Source: a virus
IMG/VR virus record: IMGVR_UViG_3300025704_000003
Reading direction: 5' to 3' (one strand)
DNA: 64,000 nucleotides
The translations under genes and the position numbers were made by a program. The notes beneath the pieces were generated by a model. It ran no database searches and had not been told where the DNA came from. It saw only the letters and a program-made list of their open reading frames with translations. Positions 34,789-44,429 of this stretch are shown in pieces; position 1 is the stretch's first letter, and each line of letters begins with the position of its first letter.

Positions 34789-37005
34789 ATGGCAACAGCT
34801 TCTGTTGACACACGTAAACTTTTGTCCGAAACAAAGTTTTACGATAGTTACTCACGCTTTAACGACGAAAATGAAAGGTACGAAACATGGGAGGAAGCTG
34901 TAGATCGCGTGATCGAAATGCACGCAGATCAATACAAAGAAAATGATAACGGATTAAAGTCTTATTTAGAAGAAGCTAGACATGCCTATAAAGAACAAAG
35001 AGTATTAGGCGCACAACGTGCTCTCCAGTTTGGTGGAGATCAATTGCTAAAACATCAAATGAGAATGTATAACTGTACGTCTTCATATGCAGACCGAGCA
35101 GCATTTTTTGGTGAAATTTTTTATATTTTACTATGTGGTGCTGGTGCAGGATTTTCTGTACAAGAACACCATGTCGCTAGACTTCCAAAGATTACGGCAC
35201 GAAGCAAGCCTGCAAAGACTCATGTTGTTACAGATGATATCGAAGGATGGGCAACCGCGGTTGATATTCTTATGTCATCTTACTTTACTAATGGCGGCAA
35301 ATATCCAGATTATGCTGGTCGCAGAGTTTATTTTGATTTGTCAAACATCCGGCCAAAAGGATCTAAGATCTCTGGTGGATTTAAAGCACCTGGTCCCGAT
35401 GGTCTACGTCGTGCACTTGACAAGATTGAGCATCTATTGCAAGACATTGTAATTGATACAAAGGAATCAATTGCGCTGCGTCCAATTAATGTCTATGATA
35501 TTTGTATGCATACCGCTGATGCCGTACTATCAGGCGGTGTTCGCCGTTCAGCAACTATTTGCCTATTCTCACCTAACGACGAAGAAATGATGTCAGCTAA
35601 AACTGGCAATTGGTTTGTTAATAATCCACAACGTGGTCGATCAAATAACTCTGCCGTTATTGTTCGAGATAAAACTACGCCTGAACAGTTTAGTAATATT
35701 ATGACTAATGTGAAAGAATTTGGTGAACCAGGATTTGTATTTGTAGAGTCAACCGAACATACAACTAATCCTTGTGTTGAAATCGGGATGTTCCCACAAA
35801 TTGATGGGCAATCTGGATGGCAGGGATGTAATCTAACAGAGATTAACGGTGGTAAATGCGTAACTAAAGAAGATTTCTTTCTTGCATGCCGCGCTGGTGC
35901 GATCTTAGGCACACTCCAGGCAGGATATACTGACTTTAAATTCTTACCAGACACGACTAAAGACATTTTTGATCGTGAAGCTTTACTTGGCGTATCAATC
36001 ACTGGCTGGATGAATAATCCTGATATTCTATTTGATGCAGACATACTTGAAGAAGGAGCAAGCATTGTCAAACAAGTCAACAGAGAAGTTGCTGAAGTTA
36101 TTGGAATCAACGCAGCGGCTCGAACAACTTGTGTCAAGCCAAGCGGCAATGCTTCGGTTCTATTGCAAACTGCTAGCGGTATTCACGCTGAGCATTCTAA
36201 TATGTACATTCGTAATGTTCAAATGAATAAAGAATCTGAGGTAACTCAGGCTATACAAAAACAAAATCCACATATGGTTGAAGAATCAGTTTGGTCTTCA
36301 GGCGGAACAGACGTAGTCGTGTCATTTCCAATTCTTCCAAAAGAAGGATCTATGCTAAAAGACGATTTGATTGGCGTAGACCATCTTGAAAAAGTCAAGC
36401 TAGCTCAAGAGCATTGGGTTAATGCAGGCACAAACGAAGAACTATGTGCTGACAAAGGCATTCGTCACAACGTATCAAATACTATTATCGTAAAAGATTG
36501 GGATGAAGTAGAAAACTACGTATTTAAAAATCGTCGTAGCTTTGCTGGTATTTCATTCTTATCTGCAATGGGTGACAAAGACTTTAACCAGGCGCCAAAT
36601 ACCGGAGTTATCGATGCAAATACTATGGTTGATAAATACGGAACAGCTGCCATCTTTGCAAGTGGTTTAGTTGTTGATGCGCTTAATGCGTTTGATAATC
36701 TTTGGACTGCATGTTCTACTGCCCAAGGTATGGGTGAAGATCTATCAGTCGAGTCTACTCAGACAGCATTGAAGAAAGATTGGATTCGTCGCTTTAATAA
36801 CTTTGCTAATAACTATCTTGATGGCAATCTAAAAGAAACTGAGTATTGTTTGAAGGATTCGTATTTACTACATAAGTGGAATAAAATTAATGCGAACTTC
36901 AAAGATATGAATTGGGAACAAGACCTGACCGAAAAGAAGTATACTGACGTTGATACGTTAGGTGCCGCGGCTTGTGCAGGTGGAGCATGCGAGATTGACT
37001 TTTAA
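34789..37005 (+). CDS. nrdJ: ribonucleotide reductase, class II (monomeric NrdJ/RTPR-like)
   Basis: YNC, GGVRRSA, TNPCVEI, GCNLTEIN, TCVKPSGNAS, C-terminal CAGGACE; no nrdB adjacent. Confidence 0.85.
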   Translation: MATASVDTRKLLSETKFYDSYSRFNDENERYETWEEAVDRVIEMHADQYKENDNGLKSYLEEARHAYKEQRVLGAQRALQFGGDQLLKHQMRMYNCTSSYADRAAFFGEIFYILLCGAGAGFSVQEHHVARLPKITARSKPAKTHVVTDDIEGWATAVDILMSSYFTNGGKYPDYAGRRVYFDLSNIRPKGSKISGGFKAPGPDGLRRALDKIEHLLQDIVIDTKESIALRPINVYDICMHTADAVLSGGVRRSATICLFSPNDEEMMSAKTGNWFVNNPQRGRSNNSAVIVRDKTTPEQFSNIMTNVKEFGEPGFVFVESTEHTTNPCVEIGMFPQIDGQSGWQGCNLTEINGGKCVTKEDFFLACRAGAILGTLQAGYTDFKFLPDTTKDIFDREALLGVSITGWMNNPDILFDADILEEGASIVKQVNREVAEVIGINAAARTTCVKPSGNASVLLQTASGIHAEHSNMYIRNVQMNKESEVTQAIQKQNPHMVEESVWSSGGTDVVVSFPILPKEGSMLKDDLIGVDHLEKVKLAQEHWVNAGTNEELCADKGIRHNVSNTIIVKDWDEVENYVFKNRRSFAGISFLSAMGDKDFNQAPNTGVIDANTMVDKYGTAAIFASGLVVDALNAFDNLWTACSTAQGMGEDLSVESTQTALKKDWIRRFNNFANNYLDGNLKETEYCLKDSYLLHKWNKINANFKDMNWEQDLTEKKYTDVDTLGAAACAGGACEIDF

Positions 37006-37151
37006 TGGCAAATGAAAAAAGCTTTATAGTTGAATGCAATTACTGTGACGTTGAATCAGAAATATATTCCGAAACGCATATGACAGTTGAATATTGTCCA
37101 TTTTGTGGTGAAGAGAATAATGCGATAGAATTAGATTCAGATGAGTACTGA
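37005..37151 (+). CDS. small Zn-ribbon protein (48 aa)
   Basis: CNYC...CPFCG; TAATG-coupled to the RNR. Confidence 0.75.
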   Translation: MANEKSFIVECNYCDVESEIYSETHMTVEYCPFCGEENNAIELDSDEY

Positions 37152-37401
37152 GATTAATTCAGTAGCTACTAATATACAAAGCGCCATGATGCTTCAAGGT
37201 GTTAGTAGGAATATGCAAATGAATACTCCTAACGAACGACAATCATTAAAAGGCGTAAGTAAAAATATGCCTTTTAATTATGAATCAAGTAAGCATGCTC
37301 AACAAGATTATAAATCTGAAGTTTATTACAATTATAATCGAAAAGGTGAAAGAGTAATGATTCAACAAATTGGAAATAAAGTTGACATAAAAATAGTATA
37401 G
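37141..37401 (+). CDS. hypothetical protein
   Basis: ORF; start uncertain. Confidence 0.55.
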   Translation: MSTEINSVATNIQSAMMLQGVSRNMQMNTPNERQSLKGVSKNMPFNYESSKHAQQDYKSEVYYNYNRKGERVMIQQIGNKVDIKIV

Positions 37402-37409
37402 ATACCCTT

Positions 37410-37805
37410 ATGTGGGTTTATGAAAATAAAGACTTTGATCAAACCCCTGATGAATTTCAGGGGTTTGTTTATATGGTGACCGAGTTAGATACCGGTAAAA
37501 AATACATTGGCAAGAAGTTTTTCTGGAAGCCGAAAATATTGCCTGTGACTAAGACACGCAAACGTAGAGTCCGCACACGAGTCGAATCTGATTGGCGAGA
37601 CTATTACGGTTCGAGTAAAGAAGTTCAAGCTTTAGTTGAATCAAAAGGCAAAGATAATTACAAAAGAGAAATCTTAAGACTTTGCAAGTCAAAAGGTGAG
37701 TGCTCTTACTACGAAGCAAAACTCCAATTTCAATACGATGTATTACTATCCGATGAATTTTATAACGAATTCATTGGCTGCAAAATACATTCAAAGCATA
37801 TATAA
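37410..37805 (+). CDS. GIY-YIG-like endonuclease
   Basis: GFVY...KKYIGKK, YYGSS, FYNEFI. Confidence 0.75.
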   Translation: MWVYENKDFDQTPDEFQGFVYMVTELDTGKKYIGKKFFWKPKILPVTKTRKRRVRTRVESDWRDYYGSSKEVQALVESKGKDNYKREILRLCKSKGECSYYEAKLQFQYDVLLSDEFYNEFIGCKIHSKHI

Positions 37806-37819
37806 TATATGAGGATAAT

Positions 37820-38236
37820 ATGGTAAGACCAGTATATGAAGTGGTTCGTCGTACTAAAAATCGACGTAACAAAGAAGACAAAGTCAAAGAGTTACAAGAA
37901 AACGAATCTTGGGCTTTGAAAGATATTTTACGCGGCTCGTATGATAGTACCGTTACATTTAGCTTTCCTGGAGGCGATCCGCCTTTTACTCCCAATCAAG
38001 AACACAATGCACCATCAAACCTTCTCAAGGAACACAAGAGATTTGTCTATTTTGTTTCTGGAGGTCCAGGTGATGAAATGCCACCATACAAACGTGAAAG
38101 AATTCTATTTGAGATCTTAGAAGGCATTCATCCAGATGACGCTAAGCTTGTTGTATCAATGATTAATAAAAAGAAATTAGAAGGCATTTCGAGGCCTGTA
38201 ATCGAGGAAGCGTTTCCTGGATTATTGCGAGACTAG
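37820..38236 (+). CDS. conserved T4-like hypothetical protein (DUF6433-like)
   Basis: RERILFEILEGIHPDDA, EAFPGL. Confidence 0.75.
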   Translation: MVRPVYEVVRRTKNRRNKEDKVKELQENESWALKDILRGSYDSTVTFSFPGGDPPFTPNQEHNAPSNLLKEHKRFVYFVSGGPGDEMPPYKRERILFEILEGIHPDDAKLVVSMINKKKLEGISRPVIEEAFPGLLRD

Positions 38237-38282
38237 ATTATGATTATGTGACTTTCTTTTACTTTAAAGGAGACATTTATAC

Positions 38283-38435
38283 ATGTCAGAAATTCAACTG
38301 AACCGTCTTAGAAAAGATTCGCTTGAACTAAAAGAATATGCTCAAAAACTTGAGCGCAAAGGTAAGATCTCACTAATGCAAAAAATTCTACTCAAACGAA
38401 AATATCTAGACAATCGTATAAAAGAAGCTTCATAG
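38283..38435 (+). CDS. small hypothetical protein (50 aa)
   Basis: AAGGAG SD; MSEIQLNRLRKD... Confidence 0.7.
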   Translation: MSEIQLNRLRKDSLELKEYAQKLERKGKISLMQKILLKRKYLDNRIKEAS

Positions 38436-38447
38436 TAAAAATAGGAG

Positions 38448-38476
38448 TGTACTTCCCCCATATAGTGTGGTATAAT
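38448..38476 (+). promoter_or_regulatory. early promoter (TGTACT-N17-TATAAT)
   Basis: Repeated promoter family. Confidence 0.75.
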
Positions 38477-38509
38477 AAAGTATCAATACTTAATGGGGGA
38501 TAGTATACT

Positions 38510-39070
38510 GTGAATATATTCGTCTTAGACAAAAATCCAATAGTTGCTGCTCAACTGCAATGCGATAAGCACGTCGTAAAAATGATTGTTGAGTCGGCGC
38601 AAATGCTTTCAACGGCCCATCGTATGTTAGATGGCCAAGAATATAAAGCTCCGTCTAAATCAGGTAAACGTATGGTTAAAAAGTGGAAACTTAAAAACCA
38701 TGATGATGTTATTTATAGTGCTGTACATATGGGTCATCCTTGTACTGTATGGACTATGGAATCAAATGCTAATTACGAATGGCATTACAAACATTTTATT
38801 GCCTTGTGTGACGAATACACTTTTCGATATGGTAAGACTCATGGCACAGATACTAAGCTTAGAGAAATTCTTAAGAAACCTCCTTCTCATATACCTTGGA
38901 CAAATCTATGCACGCCGTTTAAACTTGCAATGCAGCACGAACCTCAGTGTATGCATGAGAATGATCCTGTAAGATCTTATCAGGAATACTATCAAACTAA
39001 ACAGGATCGTTTTAAAATGATATGGACTAAGCGTGACATTCCGGAGTGGTTTAATGTTTACGCAGCCTGA
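38510..39070 (+). CDS. pyrimidine-dimer DNA glycosylase/endonuclease V-like
   Basis: MNIFVLD, DKHVVKMIVESAQMLSTAH, HPCTVW, EYTFRYGKTH. Confidence 0.8.
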   Translation: MNIFVLDKNPIVAAQLQCDKHVVKMIVESAQMLSTAHRMLDGQEYKAPSKSGKRMVKKWKLKNHDDVIYSAVHMGHPCTVWTMESNANYEWHYKHFIALCDEYTFRYGKTHGTDTKLREILKKPPSHIPWTNLCTPFKLAMQHEPQCMHENDPVRSYQEYYQTKQDRFKMIWTKRDIPEWFNVYAA

Positions 39071-39374
39071 ATATAAAGTTATTGATGAACTTAAATTTGG
39101 TGACCCAGACATACCAGGTACATGGCTAAGACTTGAGGAAAGTGAAAGCGGAAAAAGAGTCATTAGGCACTGGTCATCTATGTCTAAACAATGGAATGTC
39201 ATGTATAGATACAATGTACAAGAAAATTGGGAAATGTGGAAAAGGCATGAAACAGAAACATCTTTACCGGCTAAAGAACGCACAAACAAAAGAAGTGTAC
39301 GTAAAGCAGCTGACGCGTCAAGAACTAGTAGAGTACCTCGAAAAAAATCCAAACGTAAGCCTATATCGGAGTAG
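39054..39374 (+). CDS. hypothetical protein
   Basis: GGAG SD before ATG 39054. Confidence 0.6.
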   Translation: MFTQPEYKVIDELKFGDPDIPGTWLRLEESESGKRVIRHWSSMSKQWNVMYRYNVQENWEMWKRHETETSLPAKERTNKRSVRKAADASRTSRVPRKKSKRKPISE

Positions 39375-39378
39375 TTAA

Positions 39379-39615
39379 TTGCCAATCTATACAGTTAGAA
39401 GAGACAGCGCCGATGCTGAAAGGTCGTGGGAAGTCTCGTGCTCGTGGAAAGAACTCCAGGACATGTTAGAAGAATATAAGCTAATTCAAGTTTTGTCTGC
39501 TCCTAGAATTGTTGAGTCTACCGGAGGCGTCTTATCTAAAACACCTGACAGTTGGAAAGAACATTTAGGTCGTGTTAAAAAAGGTGCTGGTGTAGGAAAT
39601 ACTATAAAAACATGA
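39379..39615 (+). CDS. conserved T4-like hypothetical protein (FmdB-like, upstream of phoH)
   Basis: MPIYT...WKEHLGRVK. Confidence 0.65.
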   Translation: MPIYTVRRDSADAERSWEVSCSWKELQDMLEEYKLIQVLSAPRIVESTGGVLSKTPDSWKEHLGRVKKGAGVGNTIKT

Positions 39616-40307
39616 AAAGAAATAAGCAACCAAATAATTCTATGACAGTACGTTTAGATGATCTATTAGAGTATGAACCATTAACTGAAACACAAAAGGT
39701 TGCGTTTGATTCTTGGGATGACGATAATAATATGGTATTGGCTGGATCAGCTGGTACCGGTAAAACATTTGTAGGAATGTACCTTGGTTTAGAAGCAGTT
39801 CTAGATCCTAATACTCTACAAGATAGACTAATTATCATAAGATCTATGGTTCCAACGAGAGATATGGGATACTTGCCTGGCACTAAGGCAGAAAAAGAAG
39901 AAGCATACATTGCTCCATATAAAGCTATTGCCTGCGATTTATTTGGTGATAAGGGATCTTGGAGTAAAGCGATATCTTCAGGTAAAATTCAATTTGAATC
40001 TACTTCCTTTATCAGAGGTGTAACTGTAGATAATGCTGTGATATTAGTAGACGAGATGCAGAATCTAAACTTCCATGAGCTAGACTCTGTTATAACACGT
40101 GTCGGTAGAGATTCGCGTATTATATTTAGTGGTGATCATCTACAAACTGATTTTAAATATGAAGATGATAAAACAGGAATATATAAATTTCTAACAATCG
40201 TAGAACAACTAAAAAACTTTGATATAATTAATTTTGGATGGCAGGATATTGTGCGATCTGATTTTGTAAGAGACTATATTATGACAAAAGAAATGCTCAA
40301 CCTATAG
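39612..40307 (+). CDS. phoH: PhoH family ATPase
   Basis: GSAGTGKT, MGYLPG, FIRG, DEMQN, GDHLQTD, IVRS. Confidence 0.93.
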   Translation: MKRNKQPNNSMTVRLDDLLEYEPLTETQKVAFDSWDDDNNMVLAGSAGTGKTFVGMYLGLEAVLDPNTLQDRLIIIRSMVPTRDMGYLPGTKAEKEEAYIAPYKAIACDLFGDKGSWSKAISSGKIQFESTSFIRGVTVDNAVILVDEMQNLNFHELDSVITRVGRDSRIIFSGDHLQTDFKYEDDKTGIYKFLTIVEQLKNFDIINFGWQDIVRSDFVRDYIMTKEMLNL

Positions 40308-40316
40308 GAGGATTAT

Positions 40317-40784
40317 ATGGCATTTAATCTATCAAACCGATCAAAAGGTAAACTCGAAGGAGTTCATCCTGATATGGTAGCCGTAGTCGAACGTGCAATT
40401 GAATTAACTAAAGTCGATTTCGGTGTTACATACGGTGTACGTACTGTAGAAGAACAAGAGAAGCTGGTTGCTGCCGGCAGATCTCAAACAATGAAATCAA
40501 AACATCTTGTACAAGATACTGGTTATTCACATGCTGTCGATGTTGTAGCATATGATGGATCTGATGTTGTATGGGAACTAAATGTCTATGATGATATTTG
40601 TGATGCATTTAAAGAAGCAGCGATTGAAGTCGGTGTGGCAATTAAATGGGGAGCAGCATGGTCTGAGGGTGACATTCGTACGTACGAAGGAACAGCCGAA
40701 GATGCTATGAATAACTATATTGATCTACGTCGATCGCAAGGCCGCCGGCCGTTTATTGATGGACCTCATTTTGAATTAATGTAA
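40317..40784 (+). CDS. endolysin, peptidase M15 (L-Ala-D-Glu peptidase)
   Basis: GVRT, SKH, HAVD, WGAAW, DGPHFEL. Confidence 0.9.
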   Translation: MAFNLSNRSKGKLEGVHPDMVAVVERAIELTKVDFGVTYGVRTVEEQEKLVAAGRSQTMKSKHLVQDTGYSHAVDVVAYDGSDVVWELNVYDDICDAFKEAAIEVGVAIKWGAAWSEGDIRTYEGTAEDAMNNYIDLRRSQGRRPFIDGPHFELM

Positions 40785-40821
40785 ATTAACTGTGTACAAA
40801 CCCAGTTATATGTGTTAGAAT
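40784..40821 (+). promoter_or_regulatory. early promoter (TGTACA-N17-TAGAAT)
   Basis: Repeated promoter family. Confidence 0.8.
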
Positions 40822-40827
40822 GTTATT

Positions 40828-41508
40828 ATGAATTATATACATGAAAAAATTGACTTAGGCTATGAAACTCTCACACGAGAAGATGGCAAGCAGCGCAGAT
40901 ATGTCACTCCTAACGGCGTGGCATATCCTAGCGTTACAACTGTAACCTCTATTCTAAACGAAGACAAGATCGCTGCATGGCGAGCTCGTGTTGGTGAAGA
41001 AGAAGCTAACAAGATCGGTAGTAAAGCTGCTACTCGTGGTACTGCGGTACACAATCTTGTAGAGAAATATCTACAAAACGATCCAGATTATGCTGAAGGT
41101 GTGATGCCACACGTCATGCAAAGTCTAACTAACATGAAACCTATTCTTGAAAAGCGGATGAATGTAATCTATGATCAAGAAGTTCCGCTCTATAGCGATC
41201 ATCTTAAACTAGCCGGTACGTGTGACTGTGCTTGTAAGTTTGATGGTGTAAATAGCATCGTTGATTTTAAGACTTCTCGCTTTCCTAAGAAGAAAAAGAT
41301 GCTTGACCATTACTTTATTCAAGCATGCGCCTATTCAATTATGTGGGAAGAACGTACTGGTATGGCAATGCCTAATCTAGTGATTCTCATGGATGTTGAT
41401 AATGGTCGAGCTCTTACATATAAAGAGCATCGTGACAATTGGATTGAACGATTGCACGAAACCATAGATTTATTCTATACAAGGCAAAAGCAAATGGTAC
41501 TGTCTTAA
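40828..41508 (+). CDS. PD-(D/E)XK exonuclease (RecB/Cas4-like)
   Basis: YPSVTT, RGTAVH, AGTCD, VDFKTS, QACAY. Confidence 0.85.
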   Translation: MNYIHEKIDLGYETLTREDGKQRRYVTPNGVAYPSVTTVTSILNEDKIAAWRARVGEEEANKIGSKAATRGTAVHNLVEKYLQNDPDYAEGVMPHVMQSLTNMKPILEKRMNVIYDQEVPLYSDHLKLAGTCDCACKFDGVNSIVDFKTSRFPKKKKMLDHYFIQACAYSIMWEERTGMAMPNLVILMDVDNGRALTYKEHRDNWIERLHETIDLFYTRQKQMVLS

Positions 41509-41528
41509 ATTATTTTTCCAAAAACCGC

Positions 41529-41566
41529 AATTAACTGTGTACATCTCCTTAAAAGTATGGTATAAC
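41529..41566 (+). promoter_or_regulatory. early promoter (TGTACA-N17-TATAAC)
   Basis: Repeated promoter family. Confidence 0.75.
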
Positions 41567-41607
41567 TATATCATGATAAGGATGATATTTGTTATGAAAG
41601 GAAAAAA

Positions 41608-42210
41608 ATGAATAATCTAAATAATCTAAATAAAGTAATCTTAACTGACTGCGATGGCGTTCTCATGAATTGGGAATATGCCATGAACGTCTGGATGCAA
41701 TCTCAAGGATATAAAATCGTTGAAGATGGTCAAGAACATTATGATATGGGAGATCGATATAATCTCGATCCAGAACTTAAAAGTCGGTTAGTTCGACAAT
41801 TCAACGAATCCGCTGCTATGGGTTTCTTACCACCTCTTCGTGATGCTATGTATTATGTAGATCTTCTACACCGTAAACATGGTTATACTTTTCATATGAT
41901 TACATCTCTCTCAAAAGACGAGCATGCTCAAAAGCTTCGTATTCAAAATACTAAAAAGCTTTTTGGCGATACTGCCTTTACTAAATTTATCTTTGAAGAC
42001 ACCGGTGCTGATAAAGACGATGTGTTAGAACCATATCGTGATACTGGACTTATGTGGATTGAAGATAAACTTGAAAATGCTGAGCTCGGTAACGATCTTG
42101 GTCTTGAGTCTATTATTGTTGAACATGCACACAATATGCATAATACTACATTCCCAACGTTTGCAAAATGGAAAGATATTTATGAATATATCACTGGCGA
42201 GTCTGCTTAA
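41608..42210 (+). CDS. HAD 5'(3')-nucleotidase-like (T4 gp30.2-like)
   Basis: TDCDGVL, ITS, WIEDK. Confidence 0.8.
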   Translation: MNNLNNLNKVILTDCDGVLMNWEYAMNVWMQSQGYKIVEDGQEHYDMGDRYNLDPELKSRLVRQFNESAAMGFLPPLRDAMYYVDLLHRKHGYTFHMITSLSKDEHAQKLRIQNTKKLFGDTAFTKFIFEDTGADKDDVLEPYRDTGLMWIEDKLENAELGNDLGLESIIVEHAHNMHNTTFPTFAKWKDIYEYITGESA

Positions 42211-42430
42211 CTTGCGTACAGAATACGAAGAAATTATTCGCCGATATAGGATTCCAGATGAGTATAAGAATAGTAGTATAGATAGTCTAGTATGGTTCCA
42301 AGAGAACGGTAAAGGATCTAATCGTCTGCGAACTAAATATGAACGTGCAAATGAAATTGCAAATATTATTTTGAAAGAGTCTAGTTATGAAAAGAGTAAT
42401 CTATCAAGTCTACGTAGGAAAACGCTCTAG
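42182..42430 (+). CDS. hypothetical protein
   Basis: ORF from MNISLASLL; start uncertain. Confidence 0.5.
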   Translation: MNISLASLLNLRTEYEEIIRRYRIPDEYKNSSIDSLVWFQENGKGSNRLRTKYERANEIANIILKESSYEKSNLSSLRRKTL

Positions 42431-43184
42431 GCTTTACGATCACTGTATTGAATCTGTAAAACAATATTGTAAAGAACACAATATTGAACACGTGGTTCAG
42501 AAACAACCTATTCTTCGAATTAAGCCGGACGTATTTGCTACTAATCGTAGTAAAGAGTCGTATGAAAAACATGGTGGTTTCCTTCCAATATTTGAGAAGG
42601 AAAACGCCTTTACGTATTTGAAGACCAATGATCAAGTTGCTATTATCGATGCTGATATTTGGATTCGTCCAGGAGCTCCTAATATTTTTGATAAGGTACC
42701 AGAAGAGTATGATTTTGGTGGAGTACTAGAACGTGACATGCCAGTCACCTCGCAGTATTTACGTAAGATTGCTAACTACTCTCGTATGCAATATGGTATG
42801 ACGCCAATTAATCAACTATTTGATTGGAAACATCCTAGCGGAGCTGGAGCAGACTTTTATAATATGGGCATGATGGTTCTAAATAAAGGTTTTCAAAAAT
42901 ACCTTAAAGGCCAAACACCTCAACAGTTTTTAATGCGGCCTGAGTTCAAAGCCTTTATCGATGGAATGGGTAATTGGAAATGGTCGACCGATCAAACCCT
43001 TCTCAATGTCTTTGTAAAAGAAAGCGGGATGAACGTAAAGAACCTGACATTCCATTGGAATGGTTTATTTACTGGAATTGATGCAGGCCGTGTTAAAGAA
43101 TGTAATTTCGTACACTTCTTTCTAAAAGATAAGCTTCCTAATCGTGGCGAAAACGTAGAGGAGCTTATGACATATGTTGATTGA
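42387..43184 (+). CDS. GT-A glycosyltransferase (nucleotide-diphospho-sugar transferase)
   Basis: IIDADIW, YNMG, DQTLLN, FVHF. Confidence 0.8.
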   Translation: MKRVIYQVYVGKRSRLYDHCIESVKQYCKEHNIEHVVQKQPILRIKPDVFATNRSKESYEKHGGFLPIFEKENAFTYLKTNDQVAIIDADIWIRPGAPNIFDKVPEEYDFGGVLERDMPVTSQYLRKIANYSRMQYGMTPINQLFDWKHPSGAGADFYNMGMMVLNKGFQKYLKGQTPQQFLMRPEFKAFIDGMGNWKWSTDQTLLNVFVKESGMNVKNLTFHWNGLFTGIDAGRVKECNFVHFFLKDKLPNRGENVEELMTYVD

Positions 43185-43863
43185 TAAAAAGATTTTTGTG
43201 CACATTCCAAAAAATGCTGGAATGACAATTCGCCATAGTCCATTCTTAAAAGATAAGATTATGGTTAATGGAGCACAAACACACAAAAGCCGAGAATATA
43301 CTCAAGAGCTTTTAGACACTATGGCCATGACAGGAGATCATCATGGAATTGAGCATGCACGCTGGCGAGACCTTAATCCAACATACACAAGCAGATTTGG
43401 TGCTTTTGCTGTTGTTAGGAACCCTTGGGATCGTGTCGTTAGTCGTTACTTTTTCGCGAAAAAAGTTATCGAAGTTGAAAAGAAAAGTCCAGCATCATAT
43501 GCAGACGTTTCTAGCTTTGATGCCTTTTTAGAGGAACGTCACAATTGGGGTAACCATCCGTTTATGTGGCATCGCGCCGTGCGTGGATGGTATCCTGCAG
43601 TAGATCATGTAACAGATGAACAAGGTAATCTTAAATGCGATATGATCCGCTTTGAAAATTTAAATGAAGATCTTATATCATACTTCAATATTCCTACAAT
43701 GTCTCGCGCAAGAAATGTTACAGCCTTAAATAAAGGTACATACATGGATATGTACACTGATAAGACTAAACAAATCATTGCTGACTGGTATGCAAAAGAT
43801 ATCGATATGTGGGGATTCGACTTTGATACAGGAGCAACAAAAAATGTTTGGGCGCTAAGATGA
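43174..43863 (+). CDS. sulfotransferase (Sulfotransfer_2 family)
   Basis: FVHIPKNAGMTI, VRNPWDRVVS, RFENL. Confidence 0.85.
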   Translation: MLIDKKIFVHIPKNAGMTIRHSPFLKDKIMVNGAQTHKSREYTQELLDTMAMTGDHHGIEHARWRDLNPTYTSRFGAFAVVRNPWDRVVSRYFFAKKVIEVEKKSPASYADVSSFDAFLEERHNWGNHPFMWHRAVRGWYPAVDHVTDEQGNLKCDMIRFENLNEDLISYFNIPTMSRARNVTALNKGTYMDMYTDKTKQIIADWYAKDIDMWGFDFDTGATKNVWALR

Positions 43864-44429
43864 TTCGTCTAGAAGCCCCAGTTAAAACGTTTACCGACCT
43901 AGAACATTTTTACAATGCACTTGTAGAACGTCAAACAGAGGCTCATGGCGATGAGTACGTTGCTCATCATAATATAATTAGAGACAAAGCAAAAGACTGT
44001 AAGTCGTATCGTGAGTTAGGTGTTATGCAAGGAGCGACGGCTGCAGCGGCAGCCTTAGCCGGTTATGAATATTTAGAACTTATCGATACGCATCCTAAAC
44101 CATTTATGGAATATGAATCTTTATTTAAAAAATACAATTATAAGTTAATTGTAGACAGTTCAACAAATTTGATTATCGAAGACCGGCCGTTTGTTGATTT
44201 TCTTTTAATAGATTCAAATCACAAGCCAGCTCATTTGCGTAAAGAATTAGAAATACATCCCCAAAAAGTAAACAAATATATATTATTTCACGACACATTT
44301 GCTGTCAAAAAATTACAAGATGTTATAGATGAGTTTGTGAAAAAAAATTATACTGATTGGGCATTAGTAGAATATTATCAGGAAAATGTTGGATATACAT
44401 TAATTAAAAGGATTGGCAATGCTAGGTAA
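43860..44429 (+). CDS. class I SAM methyltransferase (Methyltransf_24-like)
   Basis: ELGVMQG, LLIDSNH, ILFHDT. Confidence 0.75.
   Translation: MIRLEAPVKTFTDLEHFYNALVERQTEAHGDEYVAHHNIIRDKAKDCKSYRELGVMQGATAAAAALAGYEYLELIDTHPKPFMEYESLFKKYNYKLIVDSSTNLIIEDRPFVDFLLIDSNHKPAHLRKELEIHPQKVNKYILFHDTFAVKKLQDVIDEFVKKNYTDWALVEYYQENVGYTLIKRIGNAR

Noticed and set aside
35493-36149. 218-aa minus-strand ORF and similar long antisense ORFs (e.g. 61780-62280, 38906-39385, 1829-2233)
   Set aside because: They lie opposite well-supported genes, have no motifs or SD, and are explained by codon-bias shadows.
34789-37805. Intron, intein or homing element in the RNR or other core genes
   Set aside because: The RNR, helicase, uvsX and thyX ORFs are uninterrupted and of normal length. 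The GIY-YIG-like gene is short and free-standing.
40828-41508. Cas4-like nuclease as evidence of CRISPR-Cas
   Set aside because: It is a common stand-alone exonuclease in T4-like phages, with no array or other cas genes.
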